Source of the DNA: Caldisericota bacterium
GTDB taxonomy: Bacteria; Caldisericota; Caldisericia; UBA6126
Length of the DNA stretch: 42,997 nucleotides
NCBI GenBank assembly: GCA_003566815.1
Contig: PXBT01000090.1
Span: forward strand, 1 to 42,997
Reading direction: 5' to 3'
Notes under the pieces: model-generated
The model's database searches: none
What the model was told of the DNA's origin: nothing
The model's input: only the letters and a program-made list of their open reading frames with translations
Shown here: in pieces, positions 6,606 through 13,164 of the stretch
Layout of the letters: every line of letters starts with the position of its first letter
Numbering within the stretch: the first letter of the stretch is position 1
Translations under genes and position numbers: made by a program

Positions 6606-8956
6606 TGCGATTCCCTTTCTTTTTTTTGTTTTTTTAACAATCTCATTGCATTGAGCACTGCCAATAGAGTTACTCCAACATCAGCAAAAACTGCTTCCCA
6701 CATACCCGCAATGCCTAAGGCTCCAAGGGTCAATACCACCCCTTTCACTGATAAAGCAAATATAATATTTTGCCACACAATTTGTCGGGTTCTTTTTGCT
6801 ATTTTAAAAGCTTGGGGCAATTTTCTCAAATCCTGGTGCATTAGCACAATATCTGATGCCTCTATAGCAGCATCTGAACCCAATCCTCCCATGGCAACCC
6901 CAATATCTGCCTGAGCCAATACAGGAGCATCATTGAGTCCATCTCCCACAAACATCAGTCTTTCGCCTTTCTTCATCTTTTCTCGAGTTTGTGCCATCAA
7001 ATCAACTTTATTCTGAGGCAAAAGTTCTGCATGAACCAAATCCAGATTTAATTCATTTTGAAGATTTTTTGCAACCTTTCTTTGATCTCCTGTCAAAACT
7101 CCCACTTCTTTGACTCCCCATCGCTTAAGCCACCCTACAACCTCAGAAGCTTCAGGCTTGGTCTCATCTTTTAAGGAAATGAATCCAGCCCATTTGCCAT
7201 CAATAGCTAAAAATGCTCCCGTATCTTCTGTGTTAAAAACTGGATCTATTTCAATTTTATTTCTTTCCATCAATTTTTTATTACCAAAAACCAGCTCTTG
7301 TTGATTTTCAAGCTTTACCTGTACTCCCTGGCCAGCAACTTCATAATAATCAGCAATAGGCGAAGTTGACAGTGACCCATCATAGGCTTTCATGATCGCA
7401 TAAGCAAAAGGATGAGCTGAATACTGCTCCGCTACAGCAGCATATTGCAACACTTCTTTGGAAGAGTGGGGTGGAATGGCAAAAATACCCGAAACTTTGA
7501 ATTGACCTTGTGTCAAAGTTCCAGTTTTATCAAAAAGGATGGTTTTCACCTGGTTTAATGCTTCAAGATAGTTTCCTCCCTTAATCAGTATGCCCTCCCT
7601 GGATGCTCGACCCAGCCCACTAAAAAAACCGAGAGGTATAGAAATAACCAATGCGCAGGGACAGGAAACCACTAAAAAAACAAAAGATCGATAGAGCCAG
7701 ACTTCCCATGGTATAGCAGGGAAAATCCAGGGACACACAAAAGCAAGAAAAGCAGCTGCGCCCACCACGCCAGGTGTATAGTATCTTGAAAGCTTGGTTA
7801 TCAATTGTTCTGTTGATGCTTTTTTTTCACTTGCTGTTTCCACCATCTTCATGATTCGACTAATGGTAGAATTTTCATAGGGCTGATCTGCTCTAATGAT
7901 AATCATGGCATTTAAATTAATGGAGCCTGATAGAAGCTCTTGTCCTTTTTTTGCAAAAATAGGTTGGGATTCTCCGGTTAAAGCGGAAAGATCCAGGCTT
8001 GTTTCTCCTTCAAGGATGGTACCATCAACAGGCACCCTTTCTCCAGGTTTTATAATAATGCTATCACCAGTTTGTATTTGTTCAGGATCAACAATAAATT
8101 CTTCTCCATTGCGCCTGACTAAAGCTTTTTCAGGTCTGAGATTCATCACGGAACGAATGGACTGTCTGGATTGAAACACTGCATATTGCTGAAATTGATC
8201 CCCTATCCAAAAAAACATCATCACAGCGACTGCTTCTGGATACTCTCCAATAGCAAGGGCTCCAAAAGTTGCTACGGTCATCAAAAAGTTCTCATCAAAC
8301 CAGTCTTTTCTGAGCATATTTCGACATGCTTTATAAATTACATTCCAACCAAATATGAAGTAGCTGGACAAGAAAAACCCAATCCTTAGAAAATCAGCAT
8401 ACAAAAAACCCAAAATAAAAAATATGACCCCTGCAACAAATGTTAAAATCTTTGCAAAGGTAAAAAAATCCCATTTTTCATGTATTCCCGTAGAAGCTTT
8501 TAATACTGTTACTTCAGGCTCAAGGTCAAGAATAATTTTTTTTGCTTCTTCGGCAAGCTTGTCCTGGTGAATAGATTCATCAATCAGCAAAGAAAGTTTT
8601 TTTGTGCTGATATTAAACTGAACATCATGTACTCCATCAATATCAGCCAATTTGCGCTCAATTTTTGCAGCACATACCGTGCAGTGTAAACCCTGCAAAA
8701 TCAATGAAAAAGCTTTTCGATCCTGCCCATCGTCTTTATGAATTTCGCATATATCAGGGATTGCTCCCATCCACTGTTGGATTTCCTTAATCATTCCTTC
8801 AGCTGAATCCATGGATGAAATAATAATGATGAGCTTGTCTTCCTTTTCATCAATTCGGGCTTCTATGACTCCATCCTTATTCCTGATTTTTTTAAGCAAA
8901 TTTTCAAAACATTGATTGCAATTAAAGGAGGGAAGCATTAATTCTTTTTTTATCAT
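6602..8956 (-). CDS. cadA: Heavy-metal translocating P1B-2-type ATPase (Zn/Cd/Pb, CadA/ZntA-like)
   Basis: DKTGTLT, GDGLNDAP, TGES. TM6 SCPCALVISIP (CPCx4SxP), TM7 NIIFALSVK (Nx7K) and TM8 DVG (DxG) form the Zn/Cd/Pb signature set. There are two N-terminal CxxC domains (CNQC, CTVCAAKIE). Confidence 0.85.
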   Translation of the reverse strand: MIKKELMLPSFNCNQCFENLLKKIRNKDGVIEARIDEKEDKLIIIISSMDSAEGMIKEIQQWMGAIPDICEIHKDDGQDRKAFSLILQGLHCTVCAAKIERKLADIDGVHDVQFNISTKKLSLLIDESIHQDKLAEEAKKIILDLEPEVTVLKASTGIHEKWDFFTFAKILTFVAGVIFFILGFLYADFLRIGFFLSSYFIFGWNVIYKACRNMLRKDWFDENFLMTVATFGALAIGEYPEAVAVMMFFWIGDQFQQYAVFQSRQSIRSVMNLRPEKALVRRNGEEFIVDPEQIQTGDSIIIKPGERVPVDGTILEGETSLDLSALTGESQPIFAKKGQELLSGSINLNAMIIIRADQPYENSTISRIMKMVETASEKKASTEQLITKLSRYYTPGVVGAAAFLAFVCPWIFPAIPWEVWLYRSFVFLVVSCPCALVISIPLGFFSGLGRASREGILIKGGNYLEALNQVKTILFDKTGTLTQGQFKVSGIFAIPPHSSKEVLQYAAVAEQYSAHPFAYAIMKAYDGSLSTSPIADYYEVAGQGVQVKLENQQELVFGNKKLMERNKIEIDPVFNTEDTGAFLAIDGKWAGFISLKDETKPEASEVVGWLKRWGVKEVGVLTGDQRKVAKNLQNELNLDLVHAELLPQNKVDLMAQTREKMKKGERLMFVGDGLNDAPVLAQADIGVAMGGLGSDAAIEASDIVLMHQDLRKLPQAFKIAKRTRQIVWQNIIFALSVKGVVLTLGALGIAGMWEAVFADVGVTLLAVLNAMRLLKKQKKERESQ

Positions 8957-8957
8957 C

Positions 8958-10328
8958 CTATACCACCTTGGTCATCCATGCTCTTTTTCTAAAGACTCTT
9001 GCCGTTAAGTATAAATTTACAGCAGATGCAAGTATAAATGAAAACCATACGCCGCTCAAACCATATAAACGACCCAGTATAAACATTCCCGGAAGCTGGA
9101 CTCCCCATGTGACCACCAATGAAATATAAAAACTAACTTTTAAATAGCCTGTTCCCATCAAAGGTGCCCCAAAAATACTAATCAGGGATTGGCTGATTTG
9201 CAAAAACGCAAAGAGAGGCAGCATAGATCGTGAAAGAGCAATCAGCTCAACATCAGAAGAAAAAATCCGAAGCATCTGCTCTGGGAACAAAGAGAAAACT
9301 ATGAATATCAGGGTAGTGAGAAATCCTGCCAACATTGCTGCAATAAGAGTTGCCTGATAGGATCGCTCAGCTTTGCCTGCGCCTATATTCTGCCCAACAA
9401 TAGCAGAAGTGGCAAAAGCCAGTCCCGAGATCAACATGCCCGAAATACTTGCAGTTCTGGTCACAACAATATAAGAAGCTACCACCTGCATGCCATGCAA
9501 AGCAATGATTTTTATCATTAAAGCATTGGCAAGCCCAACCAGCAACCCCTGAAAACCTGTCGGCAGACCTATGTTAAATATTTTTTTTATGACTTGCCAG
9601 TCAGGTTGAAATAATTGCAATATAGAGAACTGGATCACCTTTTTGCCTTTAGTATAAACCCAGAGGCCTGTAATCATTAAATATATTTGAGCTAAAGCTG
9701 TGGAGTAAGCAACACCTAAAATACCTAATTGAGGAAAAGGTCCTATTCCCAGAATAAACAACACATTCAGAACAAGGTTGAGCACCAGAGTGCTCAACAT
9801 TAAAAACATTGGAGTAATAGCATCTCCTGCTGCCCTGAGAGCAGTGTTGAAAGTGTAGCCTGTATTAAGCATGGGAAAAACCATAAGCATAACTCTGCCG
9901 TACTGCACTGCCATATCAAGAGCTTCTCCTTCAGCTCCAAACCAGCTCATTAAAGGTCGGAGAAATAAAAAAAAAGGAATCACAAGGAGTACGGATCCCA
10001 AAAATTTCATAATGATAGTTTGCACTGTTGCCTGTCCAGCATGCTCGTGTTTGCCTGCTCCGATATACTGAGCAATGACGCAAATGGAACCATTGCCCAC
10101 CACTGCATTGTAAGCCATTAGATAGCCCAGCAGGACTCCATAAAAGCCCAAAGCAGCCTGAGCATTGGGATTATTGATACGACCCAGAAAGAACACATCT
10201 GTTATACTGCTGAAAGACTGAAAAATCATGGCTACCATTGCAGGCCATGCAAGGCGAAGGAGAGATCGCGTCAAATCATGTTCATTGGAATTTTTGCAAT
10301 ATTTATTTGGGTGTAAATTCAAATTCAC
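8958..10328 (-). CDS. MATE family efflux transporter
   Basis: 456-aa, 12-TM-type protein with the typical N-terminus (LLRLAWPAMVAMIFQ). The GTG start at 10328 overlaps the pyrI 3' end by 26 nt. Its stop is 1 nt from the ATPase ATG. Confidence 0.75.
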   Translation of the reverse strand: MNLNLHPNKYCKNSNEHDLTRSLLRLAWPAMVAMIFQSFSSITDVFFLGRINNPNAQAALGFYGVLLGYLMAYNAVVGNGSICVIAQYIGAGKHEHAGQATVQTIIMKFLGSVLLVIPFFLFLRPLMSWFGAEGEALDMAVQYGRVMLMVFPMLNTGYTFNTALRAAGDAITPMFLMLSTLVLNLVLNVLFILGIGPFPQLGILGVAYSTALAQIYLMITGLWVYTKGKKVIQFSILQLFQPDWQVIKKIFNIGLPTGFQGLLVGLANALMIKIIALHGMQVVASYIVVTRTASISGMLISGLAFATSAIVGQNIGAGKAERSYQATLIAAMLAGFLTTLIFIVFSLFPEQMLRIFSSDVELIALSRSMLPLFAFLQISQSLISIFGAPLMGTGYLKVSFYISLVVTWGVQLPGMFILGRLYGLSGVWFSFILASAVNLYLTARVFRKRAWMTKVV

Positions 10329-10731
10329 AGTACTTGCACTTCAGGGTTACTGGTTCTTTTGACCGAATATCATATTCAGGAGTATATCCTTCAGTATTTG
10401 TAATGCACCTTGAATTAACACAAGAAATTATCCCTTTAATTTCATGGGGTATCTCAGGGTTTATTTTTTTTGTTACCACTCCATCTTTTATAATGTTGAT
10501 AGTAATTTGAGGTGCTAAAAGAGAAAGATAAGTAGAAGTTGCCTCGTCCAGATAAAAGTCCTGAATTTTGATCATATCTTTTTTCTTTAACTTGCCGGAA
10601 GGCACATTCATAAAAACAATAAGTGTTTCATTTCCATTCAATCTTTTTTTTAAAATATCCAGGCAATGAAATCCCATGCCTTCAGGCATATGGTCAATTA
10701 CTGTGCCGTTGTTTAACATTTGTGTCTTCAT
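10303..10731 (-). CDS. pyrI: Aspartate carbamoyltransferase regulatory subunit
   Basis: GTVIDHMP..., and a C-terminal four-Cys zinc domain (CVNSRCITN...CKYCE). I moved the start to MKTQ (ATG 10731), 4 nt after the pyrB stop. The ORF-track start at 10761 would overlap pyrB. Confidence 0.85.
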   Translation of the reverse strand: MKTQMLNNGTVIDHMPEGMGFHCLDILKKRLNGNETLIVFMNVPSGKLKKKDMIKIQDFYLDEATSTYLSLLAPQITINIIKDGVVTKKINPEIPHEIKGIISCVNSRCITNTEGYTPEYDIRSKEPVTLKCKYCEFEFTPK

Positions 10732-10735
10732 AGCT

Positions 10736-11653
10736 TTACACCTTTCCCAATAAAGTTGCAATTAATGCCATGCGAATTGGCACTCCATTAAAAGCTTGCT
10801 TAAAATATAGTGCTCTGGGATCCTTGTCCACATCTCTTGATATTTCATTAACTCTGGGCAATGGATGCAGAACAATAGTTTCATGTTTTGCTGACTTCAT
10901 TACTTCAGAAGACAAGACATAAGCATCTCTATATTTTAAATATTCCATTTCTCCCAAGCGCTCTCTTTGAACTCTTGTAACATAAATAGCATCAACCTGA
11001 TGAATAAAATCACGAATATTAGTGCCTTCTTGAGGGAAGTTATTAAATTCTTCACGCAGTGTTCGGAGAATATATTCCGGCATTTCCAAGCCAGGAGGAG
11101 ATGCAAAGCACATTTTTGCTCCAAAACGAGCCAAAGATATTGCTAAAGAGTGGGTGGTTCTACCAAATTTCAAGTCTCCCGAAATAAGAATGGTTAAAGA
11201 AGAAAGACTTCCTTTTTCTTTCAGAATAGTGTAAAGATCCAACAAAGTCTGAGTTGGGTGTTGATGACCCCCATCTCCACCATTAATAACTGGAACGCTG
11301 GAATATTGTGAAGCTACCCGGGCTGAGCCCTCATTGGGATGCCGAATGGCAATCACATCAGAATAATTGGCCACCGTACGTATTGTATCAGCAAGAGTCT
11401 CTCCTTTTGAAACTGAACTGCCTTCAGTGCTGGAAAACCCGAGCACCGATCCGCCAAGCCGAAACATTGCCGACTCAAATGAAAGCCTGGTGCGAGTAGA
11501 AGCCTCATAGAACAAAGTAGCCAAAATGTTATTTTTGCACAAATCCAGTCGTTCTTTTTTTTCAACAGCTCTGCTCATCTCATCTGCAATGTCAAAAAGT
11601 TTCAAAATCTCGTCATTGGATAAATCCTTGATATTAACAAGATCTTTTTTCAT
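10736..11653 (-). CDS. pyrB: Aspartate carbamoyltransferase catalytic subunit
   Basis: STRTR, HPTQ and HPLPR motifs. I chose the start at MKKDLVNIKDLS (ATG 11653), which is preceded by GGAG. The upstream in-frame TTG at 11710 adds an unlikely K/R-rich extension. Confidence 0.85.
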   Translation of the reverse strand: MKKDLVNIKDLSNDEILKLFDIADEMSRAVEKKERLDLCKNNILATLFYEASTRTRLSFESAMFRLGGSVLGFSSTEGSSVSKGETLADTIRTVANYSDVIAIRHPNEGSARVASQYSSVPVINGGDGGHQHPTQTLLDLYTILKEKGSLSSLTILISGDLKFGRTTHSLAISLARFGAKMCFASPPGLEMPEYILRTLREEFNNFPQEGTNIRDFIHQVDAIYVTRVQRERLGEMEYLKYRDAYVLSSEVMKSAKHETIVLHPLPRVNEISRDVDKDPRALYFKQAFNGVPIRMALIATLLGKV

Positions 11654-11803
11654 TCTCCTTCGCCCCTTTTTTTTCGGTTTTCTTCTAATTAAAATGGCAT
11701 AAACAAACAATATATTATATATTAAAATACAGAAAGATTGAATTTTGTATTTGATTTAATTTAGAATATTTATAATAAACAGAGAAAGGCAGGGAAAAAT
11801 TGT

Positions 11804-12646
11804 ATGCATAGAACAATTTCGTCGCAAGTCATACAGGAAGCTGTTGAAAAACTTTGCTATAGGTGCAACATTTTTCTTCCTGCTGATATTAAAAATAGCC
11901 TTGAAAAAACAATAACTTTTGAAAAAAATCCTCGAGCCAGGAAATTGCTGGGATACCTGGTGGAAAATGCAAAGATAGCTGAGCAGGAACAAATTGCGAT
12001 TTGCCAGGATTGTGGCATAGGTTACTTTTGGGTGGAAATAGGACAAGAGGTTATGATTGACGGAGATTTGCACCAGGCTCTCCAGGAAGGTATGGCGCAA
12101 GCTTACACTAAAGGTTTTTTAAGAAAGTCTGTGGTCAGACACCCTTTTGATCGAATCAACACGCAGAATAACTGTCCTGCTGTCGTTCATGTTGAGCTTC
12201 AAGCTGGCAACCACCTGCACATTTATTTTACCCCCAAAGGAGCAGGGTCAGAAAATTGTTCTGCCGTATCTTTTTTCAACCCCACTGCTACCATGGATAC
12301 CATTGAGCAATGGGTTATCGATCAAACCACTGCAGCAGCAAAAAAAGCTTGTGGGCCTCTGATTGTTGGTCTGGGCATTGGAGGCAGTGCTGACTACTGC
12401 TCTCTATTGGCAAAAAAAGCTCTTTTCAGGAGTATAGGCTCAAGAAATGCTGACCCCCTGATTCGTGATCTGGAGGTTCGACTTATAGGGCAAATCAATT
12501 CATCGGGCATAGGACCTCAAGGCCTGGGTGGAGACACTACGGTACTCGAAGTTTTCGCTGAATGGTTTCCCACTCATATCGCCATGCTTCCATTGGCAAT
12601 TAATATTCAATGTCATGCAGCGCGACATGGAAGGATATCTTTATGA
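11804..12646 (+). CDS. fumA: Fe-S type hydro-lyase alpha subunit (class I fumarate hydratase / tartrate dehydratase family)
   Basis: CQDCGIG cluster-ligand motif, PKGAGSEN, and about 280 aa, as in two-subunit class I fumarases. Confidence 0.75.
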   Translation: MHRTISSQVIQEAVEKLCYRCNIFLPADIKNSLEKTITFEKNPRARKLLGYLVENAKIAEQEQIAICQDCGIGYFWVEIGQEVMIDGDLHQALQEGMAQAYTKGFLRKSVVRHPFDRINTQNNCPAVVHVELQAGNHLHIYFTPKGAGSENCSAVSFFNPTATMDTIEQWVIDQTTAAAKKACGPLIVGLGIGGSADYCSLLAKKALFRSIGSRNADPLIRDLEVRLIGQINSSGIGPQGLGGDTTVLEVFAEWFPTHIAMLPLAINIQCHAARHGRISL

Positions 12647-13164
12647 AAACAATTTGTAGTCCATTGGATGCTGATTTGATCAAAACACTTCGAGCTGGAG
12701 ATGAAGTTTTTTTAAATGGAACCATGTTCACTGCAAGAGATGCTGCTCATCTTAGAGTCAACGAACACATTCTGAAGCATCAGCAACCTCCCTTTTCTCT
12801 CCATCATCAATTGATATATTACTCAGGGCCTTCTCCCTCAAGTCCAAAAAGAAAAGTAGGGTCTATCGGCCCCACTACAAGTAGTCGAATGGATGCATTT
12901 AGCGAGCCTTTGCTTCAGCATGGTCTTAAAGGCATGGTAGGAAAAGGAGAGCGCTCCAAAGCCCTGCAGGAATGGTTGGTTCAATATCAAGCCATATATT
13001 TTGTAACAATAGGTGGAGCAGGAAGTCTTCTATCTCAATGTGTTGAAGATATCGAGCCTTATTTATATGAAGACCTTGGCCCTGAGGCAATCTATCGGCT
13101 TAATGTCAACCATTTCCCTCTCTATGTAGCTTATGATATTTTTGGTGGCTCCATTTTCAGATGA
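12643..13164 (+). CDS. fumB: Fe-S type hydro-lyase beta subunit (class I fumarate hydratase family)
   Basis: LRAGDEVFLNGTMFTARDAAH...GKGERS is typical of the beta subunit. The start at MKT (12643) overlaps the alpha-subunit stop (ATGA). Confidence 0.75.
   Translation: MKTICSPLDADLIKTLRAGDEVFLNGTMFTARDAAHLRVNEHILKHQQPPFSLHHQLIYYSGPSPSSPKRKVGSIGPTTSSRMDAFSEPLLQHGLKGMVGKGERSKALQEWLVQYQAIYFVTIGGAGSLLSQCVEDIEPYLYEDLGPEAIYRLNVNHFPLYVAYDIFGGSIFR

Noticed and set aside
11654-11710. In-frame K/R-rich 19-codon extension (TTG start) of pyrB, a possible pyrL-like leader with an A8 tract
   Set aside because: It is in frame with pyrB with no intervening stop, so it is not a separate leader peptide. It contains the GGAG SD for the ATG at 11653, and the canonical PyrB N-terminus begins at that Met. 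I saw no attenuator hairpin or PyrR-box-like sequence.
11709-11723. 7-1-7 inverted repeat AATATAT-T-ATATATT in the pyrB/fumA divergent promoter region
   Set aside because: It is short and AT-only, in an AT-rich intergenic region. It is expected by chance and overlaps plausible -10 elements.
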